From positions 4,059 through 68,058 of the IMG/VR virus record IMGVR_UViG_3300042923_000275: DNA of 64,000 bases, one strand, 5' to 3'. Of this stretch, positions 19,701 to 30,063 are shown piece by piece (within the stretch, counting starts at the first letter, position 1; each line of letters opens with the position of its first letter). The translations under genes were made by a program, and so were the position numbers. The notes beneath the pieces are model-generated. The model saw only the letters and a program-made list of their open reading frames with translations. It made no database searches and was not told the DNA's origin. The stretch comes from a virus.

Positions 19701-19825
19701 CCATGGATGCCGCATCGTTCCAGGACTTCGCGGCTAGACATCGTAATATATTTGGTGCGGCGGCGGCACAAGATTTAATAGAAGGTGGGGCAATGAAGAA
19801 AGCCCTTGCATCTAGGAGGGGTTAA
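16700..19825 (+). CDS. tape measure protein
   Basis: 1041 aa helical; AAFGRQASL, hydrophobic segment, HTGG...GERVL C-terminus. Confidence 0.9.
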   Translation: MRYMAFKAGSVVVDIVGKADALRRTFREAKDSVKDFGNQVKETDSQVKKIGQNIVSSMSEPKSMFGWLNKVGKTLKDIDYVAGRGFINTGKSAKQMVSEVEKASANLIQAQGRLSLASENYAVAALNAMSADLKGAKGKETSARKSQEAARAKVEEARSALASARAIDTNTQSTDRNSRSKEKQTGASRKAQMADLDLIFAAMYAQVALAGMISRLENIYTVGSRTRMALMGLESTVRGLGVSVDATKDTFKYFQQDGLMSDQEISSSMKNLLHMGYTIEDTKTIMDAFKDSAAFGRQASLGFGEAIVRTTEGMRLGLSTLSDGAGMAKNLGQILAENGYAAEDLSRATTDAGVRQALLNGIMKETSTSAGDAAKMAKDLTGTMSRLGAESNKLSTSILVALSGVLNSIAQTLIPVITAIKDWIDAHPRLSAAIIITIGIMLALVSACLIWQFIFPMLMKGFKELIGILTFMTSPMGLIIAAVIVLATVIAANWDIILSACKELYQGWTSYFGLMWNYIKSFASSVGDIFSSLGKIIMGAMTFDKSKVEDGISGLKQGLVDAATTFVDSSRATTDVISGTANVLFKKLDPVKLFSNTWDKVQGIFDPVNVDLSDKKANPRGSGVGGEKNKKATGPSPYQIAMRQYDHQVTMDELSEYDQKLKALALIGKTVQMTAEEQMDWEEKVYNLVKANNEDLKRYATEYMNYQVATGQKTVEQQSDFIEEQLKNEKDKYAKIQLMQQAYDLRQKLKQYDNDYFDYQVKIGKKTLQDKLDRINQEILAETDKFKKLALLNNKFDTETKLYNDQAYASVSKLMNEVYDGTNRSIDSVVNDIKKIEKYYRSLGAAGKEAADMASDAIKELQDNTDDWVDGVLDGLAKVTLGYEKFGNFIDNLFAEIAVSWVKYQLKQILGNVLGGLFNSMPWMSGKAHTGGYISRSSGIVQKYHTGGIIGGLESDERVLIGQTGERVLSRKETAAYEAGKRVAGNGGSGGGVTNIYNVQAMDAASFQDFAARHRNIFGAAAAQDLIEGGAMKKALASRRG

Positions 19826-19828
19826 ATT

Positions 19829-20167
19829 ATGGCGACATGGACATGGATGCCAGATCTCGCGGATTTTACAGAAGGTGTACGAACGAAGACGTTAATATCT
19901 GACATGGGAGGTAGACGTAAACGGTATCCTAAGGGTACACCACTGAGAACGTTCAATTTGAAATATACGAGTATTAGTGATGATGTCGCGGACCAAATGC
20001 TTCAATTCTTCTATGACCAGCATGGTGAGGCATATGCATTCGATCTAATCCACCCAAAGACCGGACAACTGATTAGAGTATGTTTTGATATGCCGGACAT
20101 GGACAAGAGTTCGTTCTACTTCATTATTGCAACTACCGGAATAAAAATGATAGAGGAGTTGCTATAA
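19829..20167 (+). CDS. distal tail protein (lambda gpM-like)
   Basis: TWTW.P, FF..H.G..AF; follows the tape measure gene. Confidence 0.65.
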   Translation: MATWTWMPDLADFTEGVRTKTLISDMGGRRKRYPKGTPLRTFNLKYTSISDDVADQMLQFFYDQHGEAYAFDLIHPKTGQLIRVCFDMPDMDKSSFYFIIATTGIKMIEELL

Positions 20168-20796
20168 TGAGAGAGGTAGCCACTGACTTACAGACAAGAC
20201 TAGAAGAAGATACAGTTAGACTTGCTAATCTACTGGTAATTGTGCTGGACGAGACCACATTATATGTTACAGATCACGATCAGCAGGTTCCATTCTTTGA
20301 CGAGGCCGATATACCACAAGTATTTATGCCTGTTCCATTTAAGGTCGGTCAAATAGAGACTAATTCTGATGGTAAATTCTCCCAAGTAAACCTAAGCCTA
20401 GACAATGTTACTAGAGAATTCTCACTAATGATGCGTAGTATCGACTTCGAAGGCAGAAAGGCCATGATATGGAAAATATGCCTAGATGAATTAGACGATC
20501 CTGCAAATAAAATAAAATTCTTCGAAGGATTTATAGACAAGCCGGATATAAACGAAGCCAAATTTCAAGTAACCATATTATCGGCCCCGGAGGTTATGAG
20601 ATATAGAATACCATACCGACTATATAGAAGAACCTGTCCTTGGGTATTTGGTTCTACACAATGTCCATATCCGAGTCCTGTTGGTAAAGTATGTAACAAG
20701 ACGTTCGCAAATTGTGGTTCATATGGCATGACTATATATTTCGGTGGATTTCGTAAATTACCAGTGACACAGGATGTGAGGGGTATGAATGGATAA
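20167..20796 (+). CDS. tail tip protein (lambda gpL-like, Cys cluster)
   Basis: C-terminal CPW...C...CNKT..NC....FGGF. Confidence 0.75.
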   Translation: MREVATDLQTRLEEDTVRLANLLVIVLDETTLYVTDHDQQVPFFDEADIPQVFMPVPFKVGQIETNSDGKFSQVNLSLDNVTREFSLMMRSIDFEGRKAMIWKICLDELDDPANKIKFFEGFIDKPDINEAKFQVTILSAPEVMRYRIPYRLYRRTCPWVFGSTQCPYPSPVGKVCNKTFANCGSYGMTIYFGGFRKLPVTQDVRGMNG

Positions 20797-21226
20797 TTTA
20801 GTGGATATCGCGTCGAGATATGTTGGGATACCATATAAGCACGGGGGTAATAGTATTAACGGAATTAGTTGTATATTCCTGGTCCACAATATTCTACACG
20901 AATCTGGTTTAGAATCACCAGCAGAATCCTTCATATCGGTAGGAGAGGATTGGGATAAGGCTGACCCGACAATAATGAACAGGGAATTGAATAAAATCGG
21001 CCAAGAAGTCATAGATGATCTCATGCCATTGGATGTCGTAATGTTCGCATTGACAGATGATGCTGAGATCGTCTCTCATGTCGGAGTTATGATAGATAAG
21101 ACGAGATTTATTCATGTATGTGATGGTGTAAAGTCGAAAGTTAGTAAAATAACACATCCATTTTGGCGTAGTAAATATAGAGGCGCACGAAGGGTGGCGG
21201 TAACGGATGGGAAAACGCGGAGGTAA
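20789..21226 (+). CDS. NlpC/P60 tail protein (gpK C-terminal-like)
   Basis: YVGIPY.HGG...GISC, HVGV, FIH. Confidence 0.85.
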   Translation: MDNLVDIASRYVGIPYKHGGNSINGISCIFLVHNILHESGLESPAESFISVGEDWDKADPTIMNRELNKIGQEVIDDLMPLDVVMFALTDDAEIVSHVGVMIDKTRFIHVCDGVKSKVSKITHPFWRSKYRGARRVAVTDGKTRR

Positions 21227-24200
21227 GATAATTGGCGCGATAGTTGGTGCTGTGACATTTGGTGCAGGAAGTGTAATGTTCGGTTCGTCATTCCTGGCAT
21301 CTGCTGTCACAGGAGCGGCACTCGGTAGTGCATATGACCAATATAAAGCGGCTAAGGACATGGCTGACCAGAGTAATAGGCTTAGTTCTGCTAATACTAA
21401 TTCAGAGAACTTGCCATTGGCATTAATTTATGGTACTTGTAGATATGGTGGTAATGTCGTATATGACAGCAATAATAGTAGTGCGCAAGTAGAAGACCTT
21501 TATGTATGTATAGGAATATGTGAGGGAGAAATTCACTCTATTCGCGATGTTAAATTCAATGAGAAACCAGTTAATACTTATAAAGGTTGTGATTATAGAG
21601 CATATCTCGGAACTAGTGTCCAGACAGCCGATAGTATCAATCCAGATGAGAATTACAGCAATACAGCATACATAGCGGCGCATATTCACGCCAGTAAGAG
21701 CCTAACTGGTAATCCACAGATTACATGTATAGTAGATGGTCTAAAAGTATTGATGTATAATAATGGTACATGGTATCGCGCATTTAGTAGAAATCCAGTG
21801 TGGGCATTATATGACATCATGTCTAACGACCGATATGGCATGGGAATATCTGCTACTAGATTTGATATTGATAGTTTCATAGAGGCCGCAGCATATTGTG
21901 ACGAATTGATACGCGAACCGGATGGTACTTTCGCGCCTAGATTTACATTCGATGCAATATTTAATGATCCGACAGACGCCGAACAGATAATCTCGGCAAT
22001 TGCCGCATCATTTCGCGGATTTGTAATCGAGTCAAATGGTAAATATTCAGTCAGAATAGAGAGGCCAGAAGTACCTATACAATCATTCGTTGAAGGGGAA
22101 ACCATAATAGATGGTAGTATGAGACTATATAGACCGTCTTTATATGATATACCAAATAGGCTAATTGTAGAATTTACAGATCCTGTGCATTGGAGTACCG
22201 ATTCGTACCCAATCGACAGTGATTCCGATATATTAAAGCGCAAGGGTATCTACCCTAAAACTCTCCCATTTGTAGGAGTGACCAGAAGGAATCAAGCGAT
22301 ACGTAATGGTCAGTTTGCGTTCAACACAATGACCAAATGTCGTGATTTCGTGGAATTTCGTGCGCCGATGGATATGGTTGAGGCTCAGGCCGGAGATGTA
22401 ATATTAGTCACCCATTCGATACCTGGATATGTAGATCAGCCTATGCGTATAATGCAATTAGTATATCATGATGATGCAAACGAAATAGGCATAGTAGCGC
22501 GTCAGTATAGTACAGAAGTGTTCGTTGATGATATCGTATTATGGACTCCTGGAGAGCGTCCGACGGCATTCAATCCTGCGATAGACCCACCAAATATCAC
22601 GAATATAGAAGTATCAGAACATTGGAGGACTAGTATCAACAATGGTGCTGGTGTTGTCGTAGATTTAGATGTTACATGGACACCAGCATACACTCAATAT
22701 TATTCACATTCTGATGTATACGTATCGTGTACTAATCCAGCATGGGATGAGATATATGATACATGGGAGACCCTTAATACTCCATATGATAATCTCGATG
22801 CCCCTGCTACATTCAGATATGTCGGTAAGGCGATAGACAAGATCACACTACCCAATTTACTGACAGGAGAGAAATATACAATCAAGATCGTACCATATGG
22901 TACTCTAGGTGCTGTGCCTGATTTCGATGATGCTCCGCTTAAGACTTATACTATAACTGGTAAAACATATTTACCGGATACACCTAGGGGATTGTCGGTA
23001 TTAATAACCGATAGATGCCTATGGTCATTTCACGAATCTACCCAGAACGACATCAACTTCCATGAATTACGCACCAATGTCAACCCCGGTACTGATGATG
23101 GGTTGTTACTTCGAATAACTACACCAAATACATATGGATTGGTAACTCCAAATAGCCGTACTGGTACCGTATTCCTATATTCTCACAACACATCGGATAA
23201 ATATTCTAATCCTGCCGTACTAGATTATAATAAACCAAAACCTATCGCACCTGTCTTGACTATAGATAAGATATTTCGTGGCATCACAATGTCGACAGGT
23301 TCTTTGCCTCCGTTCTGTATAGGTGTGAATTTTCATGTGTCTAATGGAGATACCGATCAAGTATTCTTTTCTGGAAACAATACATATACCTATATTGGTG
23401 TTGGTATTCTGACGATTAGAGCCGCATTTGTCGACATATTTGGTGAGGGAGATATGTCGGAACCAACAGAGATTACAGTAATTCCCACAATAGACCCAGA
23501 ATGGATAAAGAATGAATCGCTATCTCTGGAAATGATGGATACTGTAATTAAAGATGCGGTGGCAAAGGCTCAGGCTGGTGTCGATCTCACACAATTTGAG
23601 GAGATGATAGCACAGCGTGTGAGCTATACTGTATTTAACGAAAATATTAATGCATTAGTGCAAGCTGATAACTCCAATGCGAGTGCAATACAGCAAACGT
23701 CCGAATCTATTACCAATACAGTAGCAGATCTCAATATGCCGCCCGATCAGACAGGATTCAATGCAATATCGCAACTGAAGCAGACCGCAGATGCAATAAC
23801 ACTAACAGTCTCAGGAAATCGCGAGACCCAAGACGGTGTAAACACAGAAGTTCAGAGCCAAATAAATCAGACCGCAGGTAGTGTAACATCCGTTGTTACA
23901 GAACTGAATAAGCCATTGGATCAATGCTCATATACAGCCATTGCTCAGACATTAAATAATTTACAGTTTCGTGCATCAGATGGTACTATGAAATCTCTAT
24001 TAAACATATCGCCAGAGGCGATTAGTATAATATCTCAATTTATACATATAAATGGAGATGTATTGATTGATGATAATATTATAGTCGGCAATATGTTAGC
24101 AGCAGATAGTATCACGGCAGACAAGATGAATATAACCTCACTCAGTGCGATAACGGCCACGATTGGTGTATTACGTACTGCGGCAACTGGGGCAAGAACA

Positions 24201-24272
24201 GAGATAAGAGATAATTTAATACAGGTATATGACGCGAACAATATATTGAGGGTCAGAATGGGGGTATGGTAA
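21207..24272 (+). CDS. central tail fibre / host specificity protein (gpJ-like)
   Basis: LIYG, ICEGEI, NPVW.LYD....RYGMG, YCDE, C-terminal LRVRMGVW. Confidence 0.85.
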   Translation: MGKRGGKIIGAIVGAVTFGAGSVMFGSSFLASAVTGAALGSAYDQYKAAKDMADQSNRLSSANTNSENLPLALIYGTCRYGGNVVYDSNNSSAQVEDLYVCIGICEGEIHSIRDVKFNEKPVNTYKGCDYRAYLGTSVQTADSINPDENYSNTAYIAAHIHASKSLTGNPQITCIVDGLKVLMYNNGTWYRAFSRNPVWALYDIMSNDRYGMGISATRFDIDSFIEAAAYCDELIREPDGTFAPRFTFDAIFNDPTDAEQIISAIAASFRGFVIESNGKYSVRIERPEVPIQSFVEGETIIDGSMRLYRPSLYDIPNRLIVEFTDPVHWSTDSYPIDSDSDILKRKGIYPKTLPFVGVTRRNQAIRNGQFAFNTMTKCRDFVEFRAPMDMVEAQAGDVILVTHSIPGYVDQPMRIMQLVYHDDANEIGIVARQYSTEVFVDDIVLWTPGERPTAFNPAIDPPNITNIEVSEHWRTSINNGAGVVVDLDVTWTPAYTQYYSHSDVYVSCTNPAWDEIYDTWETLNTPYDNLDAPATFRYVGKAIDKITLPNLLTGEKYTIKIVPYGTLGAVPDFDDAPLKTYTITGKTYLPDTPRGLSVLITDRCLWSFHESTQNDINFHELRTNVNPGTDDGLLLRITTPNTYGLVTPNSRTGTVFLYSHNTSDKYSNPAVLDYNKPKPIAPVLTIDKIFRGITMSTGSLPPFCIGVNFHVSNGDTDQVFFSGNNTYTYIGVGILTIRAAFVDIFGEGDMSEPTEITVIPTIDPEWIKNESLSLEMMDTVIKDAVAKAQAGVDLTQFEEMIAQRVSYTVFNENINALVQADNSNASAIQQTSESITNTVADLNMPPDQTGFNAISQLKQTADAITLTVSGNRETQDGVNTEVQSQINQTAGSVTSVVTELNKPLDQCSYTAIAQTLNNLQFRASDGTMKSLLNISPEAISIISQFIHINGDVLIDDNIIVGNMLAADSITADKMNITSLSAITATIGVLRTAATGARTEIRDNLIQVYDANNILRVRMGVW

Positions 24273-24273
24273 C

Positions 24274-24567
24274 ATGCCCCAAGGTTTACAGGTATTCAAT
24301 TCGAGTGGTGTGTTAATAGTAGACATGACTGATAGACTGACGAGAACCATCGGCGAGATCGATACTGGTGTCAGTAATGGTTCATTCATCGATCCATATC
24401 TGTCTACTGGTACACCATGGTTCTTCACTTTACCGTCGTTCGATGGATTTAGTGTCGTAGATGCACCATGTTCGATTACTATATCAGGAAATACAATATC
24501 ATGGATATTTGATCTATCTGATGGTGCTGTGGCATCTAGTAGAAAAATTATATACGGGGTGTATTAG
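24274..24567 (+). CDS. small tail tip protein
   Basis: MPQGLQVFN..G pattern directly after the gpJ-like gene. Confidence 0.65.
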   Translation: MPQGLQVFNSSGVLIVDMTDRLTRTIGEIDTGVSNGSFIDPYLSTGTPWFFTLPSFDGFSVVDAPCSITISGNTISWIFDLSDGAVASSRKIIYGVY

Positions 24568-24569
24568 CT

Positions 24570-25238
24570 ATGGCGACCGCTGGCATAGAAGTGAGGAATA
24601 ACAATAACATATTGCAGATAACTGATTCTTTCAGGAATTTGCGGCTGATATCTAAGGGAATTATTGTTCTACCATATGATCAATATGCGGCGTACACGAG
24701 TGCTAGTCTTACGATACAGCAAGATCAATTTTTAGCATTTAGATGTATTACTAGTGATAAGGTTGTCGGTGTGCATAGACAATATCCAGATAGTGGACTC
24801 ACTAGAATATGGTTTACAGGAAACAAGGAAGCACAAATAGAGTACTATGTATTTGGGTATGCGGTAACACAACCAGGAAATTGCTTCGAGATATATGATA
24901 GATTGGGTCGATTGGTATTCTCGGATGGGTCTAGGTTCATGAAAGTAATAACGTCGGTATCCGGAACGAATAGTAATTTTAGTAATGGAGCCATAATAAC
25001 AACTACGCCTTATAGTTCACTGCTTACTGGTGCTGTATTGCTAGGAGAACATTGCTTCCGTAGGCTATATCCCAATTCTGGTCTATCATATATGTATATC
25101 GAGCAATTATTTAACTTCAATAGTGGCGTGATTACATCGAAGAGTATCGTGGTCGCTCAATATGGTGGTGGTCCTGAATATCATTTACGTGTGCGTCCTA
25201 ATTATAGTTTCACTATCCTAGATGTTACTGGTCTATAG
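24570..25238 (+). CDS. tail tip accessory protein
   Basis: GIEVRN....QI, YYVF, EIYD..G.LVFS pattern. Confidence 0.6.
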   Translation: MATAGIEVRNNNNILQITDSFRNLRLISKGIIVLPYDQYAAYTSASLTIQQDQFLAFRCITSDKVVGVHRQYPDSGLTRIWFTGNKEAQIEYYVFGYAVTQPGNCFEIYDRLGRLVFSDGSRFMKVITSVSGTNSNFSNGAIITTTPYSSLLTGAVLLGEHCFRRLYPNSGLSYMYIEQLFNFNSGVITSKSIVVAQYGGGPEYHLRVRPNYSFTILDVTGL

Positions 25239-25276
25239 CAATGCGTCAGCAAATAACTTGTAAGGGGCTGATATGA

Positions 25277-26269
25277 ATGGCAATATTCGATATAGAAACA
25301 TGGGGTCCAAAATCGAACCCTAAAGATTCGATTCAGAAGATCATAGACTGTCTAATATCCCTGAGAGACAATGGTATTGCCATACCAGGGCTGCATGCAT
25401 CTAAGCATGCTTCTAGTGGTGAAGATCCGTTGATAGCGGCTGATATCGGTGCCGAGACTCCAATTGGAGCACAAACTAAAGCAGATCTCGCTCAATCGAA
25501 CGCCATAACCACAGCCGCCTCCGATGCCACTACTAAATCTGAGTCCGTCAGAACGGAATTGAATACACATGTTGACAATACAGATAATCCGCATATAGTA
25601 ACATCTGAACAAGTAAATACATATAATAAACTTACCATAGACAACAAGGTGACGACCGCAGTAACTGGCATGACAACCTATGTCGATACTCAAATAGCAA
25701 ACCTTGTTGGGTCTTCTCCAGAGACTATGAACACATTAAATGAGCTAGCGAACGCATTAGGTGATGATCCAAATTTTGCTACTACGATGTCTAACCAAAT
25801 AGGCTCCAAAGAGACACCAGCAGGAGCACAGCTCAAAGCAGATACAGCATTAGCGTCTGCGAATTCATATACCGACACACAAATAGCTACCAGGGAGACA
25901 CCAGCAGGAGCACAATCGAAAGCAGATGCCGCCAAGACCAGTGCGATCCAGGAGGCAACCACGCAAATCGGTGCTGTACAGACGATATTGACTAGTCATA
26001 CAGGTGATACGAACAACCCACATGCCACCACCGCCGCACAATTAGATGCCTATACGAGATCTGAAGTCGATACAAATATATTAAATAGTATCAATGGTAT
26101 ATTTGGTACTCCTCCTATAGAACTTAATACACTTAGCAAGATATCTACTGCAATAGATAATGATCCGAATTTCGCGACCACTGTGTCAGATAGAATTGGT
26201 GCCATAGAGCAAGAAGTACATAGCAGTATGAGTCCGATGGTTGCGTCTATAATCTTCGGTGGTGGTTGA
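25277..26269 (+). CDS. tail fibre protein with internal repeats
   Basis: ETPxGAQxKAD x3, NPH repeats x2, LNEL/TL...DPNFATT x2. Confidence 0.75.
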   Translation: MAIFDIETWGPKSNPKDSIQKIIDCLISLRDNGIAIPGLHASKHASSGEDPLIAADIGAETPIGAQTKADLAQSNAITTAASDATTKSESVRTELNTHVDNTDNPHIVTSEQVNTYNKLTIDNKVTTAVTGMTTYVDTQIANLVGSSPETMNTLNELANALGDDPNFATTMSNQIGSKETPAGAQLKADTALASANSYTDTQIATRETPAGAQSKADAAKTSAIQEATTQIGAVQTILTSHTGDTNNPHATTAAQLDAYTRSEVDTNILNSINGIFGTPPIELNTLSKISTAIDNDPNFATTVSDRIGAIEQEVHSSMSPMVASIIFGGG

Positions 26270-26389
26270 TATATCCGACCTCGTGGAGAAGATCAGACAA
26301 TATTGTTTAGGTACTTCTAATTATAGAGCAGAAGAAGCCATCGAGTTCGCAAATGGAATATTGACCATCATTGAGGAGGTTGGGTAGTA

Positions 26390-26725
26390 ATGGCAGAAAT
26401 ATTGGGGTTATTTTCTCAAGGTATATTAACGACCGCTTATCAGACTATATATACAGTACCTGCTGGCGAGACGTTTATTCCAAAGACCATATCATTCTGT
26501 AATATCGGTAGCGATATTGGTTCTGTCTCTATTAATTTCGTTGCTGGTGGAGAGGTAGCCGCAGAGAAGAATTATATAGTAAAGGATCGCACTGTGGTTC
26601 CGCCAGACACTGGATTTCTTAATTCAGATATGTTTCTACAATCTGGTTTTACTATTCAGGCTAAATGCAATACAAACAACTTGATTAATTATCAGGTGTC
26701 AGGGGTGAAGATAACCAATGGCTAA
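26390..26725 (+). CDS. hypothetical tail-associated protein
   Basis: IYTVPAG motif; GAGGAGG SD. Confidence 0.65.
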   Translation: MAEILGLFSQGILTTAYQTIYTVPAGETFIPKTISFCNIGSDIGSVSINFVAGGEVAAEKNYIVKDRTVVPPDTGFLNSDMFLQSGFTIQAKCNTNNLINYQVSGVKITNG

Positions 26726-27575
26726 TGTTGCAGTAGCTTCTAATGCAAGATTCATACCTGTACCACAGATGCCTGTAGGTATTCCGTTCCTTTGGTTTAC
26801 TGATAATTTTCCAGAGGGAACATTGAAATGCAATGGTCAGACATTTAGTGCTACTGAATATCCAGAGTTAGCCATGAAATATCCACTATTACAACTCCCA
26901 GATATCCGTGGTGTCACCCCCAGAGGCATGGACGAAGGCAGAGGATTGAATCCAGATGCCAGTGGATTACCTGTTGGTAGTTATCAAGCAGACCAGTTCA
27001 AGGCCCATACACATTATAATGGTTCTACGAGTGGTGGTTCTAATGTTGGTGGCGTATCATTTGCAGGTAATTTTTCAGGAATGAGTACTGGTTCTTCTGG
27101 TGGCACAGAGACAAGAGGTAAATGCGTCCTTTGCTATTGGCTAGTTTATGCTAGAACAATGTATTATGACTTAGCTGTCGAAGGTGGTAACGCCTACATG
27201 TTAGGCGGACATCAATCGAACTACTATGCTAGTAAGCAAGACCTGACTAATGCTCTTATCATTCAAGAAGCGTGGCAAACACCTACCTTACTGAACGGAT
27301 GGGTCAATTATGGAAGCGTATATGCTCCTGCTGGATTTTATAAAGATCCTTTAGGAATTGTCCATTTGCGCGGTGGTGTCAAGTCTGGAACAATCGGACT
27401 GAACGTGTTTACATTACCAGTTGGATACAGGCCAGCGTTTGATCTAGTCTTTGTTACATCTTCCAATGCTTTACAGGGCCAAGCGGTAGTTAAAGCTAAT
27501 GGTGATATAGCACTTATGATAGGTAGTTCTGTATCATTTTACTTAGATCATATATCGTTTAGAGCCGAAGGGTAG
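26718..27575 (+). CDS. tail fibre protein with tail collar domain
   Basis: PVG....W....P.G.LKCNGQ, LPDIRG..PRG.D.GRG, ETR; C-terminal LLNGW...LPVGYRP. Confidence 0.8.
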   Translation: MANVAVASNARFIPVPQMPVGIPFLWFTDNFPEGTLKCNGQTFSATEYPELAMKYPLLQLPDIRGVTPRGMDEGRGLNPDASGLPVGSYQADQFKAHTHYNGSTSGGSNVGGVSFAGNFSGMSTGSSGGTETRGKCVLCYWLVYARTMYYDLAVEGGNAYMLGGHQSNYYASKQDLTNALIIQEAWQTPTLLNGWVNYGSVYAPAGFYKDPLGIVHLRGGVKSGTIGLNVFTLPVGYRPAFDLVFVTSSNALQGQAVVKANGDIALMIGSSVSFYLDHISFRAEG

Positions 27576-28625
27576 GTGGAAATAGTGAGTAAATTCACGA
27601 GCATGTTGTCAGACTGGGCGCACAACATAGGATTTTACCCAAAAGGTAATCTAAAGTCTACTAATGTACAAGATGCGATAAACGAAGTAGCGACTATGTT
27701 TCCTGGAAGAAACAAAATAATCAATGGAAACTTTGATGTGTGGCAACGAGGAACATCTTTTACAAATAGTATTTATACAGCAGACAGATGGGGCGTAAGG
27801 GCATACGGCAGTGTTGGTGGTACTCAAACGATATCTCGACAGGCTTTTGATGTTGGTCAAACAGAAGTTCCCAATAACCCGACATATTTCCATCGGATTG
27901 ACAACGTAAATGCCATATCAAACACCTATATATATCAAAAAATAGAAGATGTTGGAACGTTTGCTGGAAAAACTGCAACACTTTCCTTTTACGCACGATA
28001 TTCAACGCCTCAATTAATGACGGTTACTGCTACTCAAATATTTGGCAGTGGTGGAAGTTCGCAAGTTTCTACACCTGCAATACAATTCACGCCAACTGCA
28101 TCGTGGAAAAAATTCACTATACAAATGGCAATTCCTAGTATTAGTGGTAAAATAATTACAACAAATCACAATTTACATATTCAAATTACCACATCTGCTA
28201 TACCCAATGGCACCTTTGATTTGGCGCAAGTACAATTAGAGGAAGGAAATGTTGCTACACCTTTTGAACAAAGACACATTCAACAAGAATTAGCGCTATG
28301 TCAAAGGTATTATAGAAAGAAAGTAGCTACTGTCGCTGCACAAGCGTTTGGCATTGGTCAAGTATTAGCTACAAACACAGTTTACATGTATGATGCTTTC
28401 CCTGTAGAAATGAGAAAGATACCAGGACTTTCGGTTAGTTCTCTACAATCATCAACTGCAACTGGGACTGGCATTACTGCAAATACAGCCAATATTGCAA
28501 ATGCAACAGAATATGGTTGTACTATTGCACTAGTAATGGCTTCATCGTCATTTGTTACTGGAGATGCCTCTATTGTCAGTTCAATCGGAGCAGGTTCGTT
28601 TATAGCATATGATGCAGAGTTATAG
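27576..28625 (+). CDS. tail fibre / receptor-binding protein with carbohydrate-binding-like domain
   Basis: RNKIINGNFDVWQRG, ADRW, VQLEEG..ATPFE.R....ELALCQRYY. Confidence 0.8.
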   Translation: MEIVSKFTSMLSDWAHNIGFYPKGNLKSTNVQDAINEVATMFPGRNKIINGNFDVWQRGTSFTNSIYTADRWGVRAYGSVGGTQTISRQAFDVGQTEVPNNPTYFHRIDNVNAISNTYIYQKIEDVGTFAGKTATLSFYARYSTPQLMTVTATQIFGSGGSSQVSTPAIQFTPTASWKKFTIQMAIPSISGKIITTNHNLHIQITTSAIPNGTFDLAQVQLEEGNVATPFEQRHIQQELALCQRYYRKKVATVAAQAFGIGQVLATNTVYMYDAFPVEMRKIPGLSVSSLQSSTATGTGITANTANIANATEYGCTIALVMASSSFVTGDASIVSSIGAGSFIAYDAEL

Positions 28626-28640
28626 AAAGGAGAATAAAAC

Positions 28641-30011
28641 ATGTCTAACTTAACTAGCGCATTAGGAGATAAAACAGTTGTCTATCTTCCTGTAAGAGAT
28701 ACTGGCGCAAAAAACTATATTGCAGAAGGTATGAAGCTTACGCCTAATGGTTTATCTGTAGATATTTCTCCTGGTATTGCTAATATCGAACGCTCTTATC
28801 AAGAGATAACAGAAACATTAAATCAATCCTTAGAACCACGAATGGTTTCCTTAGTTTACGCACAAAAGACAGTCTATTCGGATTGCCCAATGGTTGGTAA
28901 AGTTAACGCTGTGTTTCCTGAGCCTGACAATAACACAGTAGCACAATGGAGAATTGATGGTAGCTCAACGATTCCTAATTATGCTGTAGGTAAGTCTGCT
29001 ATCGCTGTAGCCAATAATCTTACTAAAGTTGGTACTGTAAATCAAGTTGATGGTTGGATTGGATACGCAGGACAAGGTGATGGTAGTACTGGGTATTACA
29101 CAAGCGCTAATAGTACAGGATTTCCTGCCGGAGCAAATGCCAGAGAAATAGACATATTACTAAAGATCAATGCGATAAATATAGCCAATCAGTCAGTTTG
29201 GTTTTATGGTACGGCTGGAACTGCAAACTACTCACTCTATATGAGGATTGAGAATGCTAGGCTAAAACTCTCAAATGCAAGTTCCGTATGGGATACTGGG
29301 TTCGATGTTGAACTAGGAAAAGAATATATAATAGTTACGACATATGACGGAGTTACACTTAGTGTTTATATTAATGGGTATTTTGTCTATAGTGTGGCTA
29401 TTACGTTAGCAACTGTTAATAGTGTATTTTATATTTTGAATATAGCTACATTAACGAACGGCTTATCTATGGTTGATTTTGTTGAAATCCGTAATTCTCT
29501 ACGTACTCCTGCACAAATCTCAGAGATATCCAGTAAACTTCTACTTCCTAACCGCTACTATCCTGACGCAAGTAAACCAGAGTATACTGACATTCGTTCT
29601 ATCCTTCCTACTAATAGTATTTCATTAGGGTTCATCAGAACTTCATCTACTGCTGTTACAACTTATAATGATACTGATCATCAATATGGACGCAGAGAGG
29701 GCGCAACAGGTGGAAACAGAAAGGTCTTTCTTGGGTGGAAGTCGTTTAGTGGGTCAACTACCCTGATTTGGGATAACCCTTTTGACACTCGCAAGATTAA
29801 AACGTATTACACTTGGGCGAAGGATGCAAACGGGGCGAATGAATGCGACGTTGTAGACATTCTTTTCAATGTTAACAATTATGGAATATTGCCTACTATG
29901 ACTTCTTCTAATCGAATAAGCATTACAACTCAACCAATGGGTGTTGTTCAGTTCAATGGTGCATGGCAAACATCTGGTTACATTGGCTGTTATGCGGAGG
30001 TGATAGAGTAG
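28641..30011 (+). CDS. tail protein with LamG/ConA-like domain
   Basis: IVTTYDG..LSVYING beta-sandwich motif. Confidence 0.65.
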   Translation: MSNLTSALGDKTVVYLPVRDTGAKNYIAEGMKLTPNGLSVDISPGIANIERSYQEITETLNQSLEPRMVSLVYAQKTVYSDCPMVGKVNAVFPEPDNNTVAQWRIDGSSTIPNYAVGKSAIAVANNLTKVGTVNQVDGWIGYAGQGDGSTGYYTSANSTGFPAGANAREIDILLKINAINIANQSVWFYGTAGTANYSLYMRIENARLKLSNASSVWDTGFDVELGKEYIIVTTYDGVTLSVYINGYFVYSVAITLATVNSVFYILNIATLTNGLSMVDFVEIRNSLRTPAQISEISSKLLLPNRYYPDASKPEYTDIRSILPTNSISLGFIRTSSTAVTTYNDTDHQYGRREGATGGNRKVFLGWKSFSGSTTLIWDNPFDTRKIKTYYTWAKDANGANECDVVDILFNVNNYGILPTMTSSNRISITTQPMGVVQFNGAWQTSGYIGCYAEVIE

Positions 30012-30063
30012 AGAATATATTATATTTAGTTGGTAAATATTGGATTCGGAGCGTGATTAAGAC

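Noticed and set aside
25277-30011. Diversity-generating retroelement acting on tail fibres
   Set aside because: No reverse transcriptase and no TR/VR pair differing at adenines was seen; the repeats are ordinary fibre repeats.
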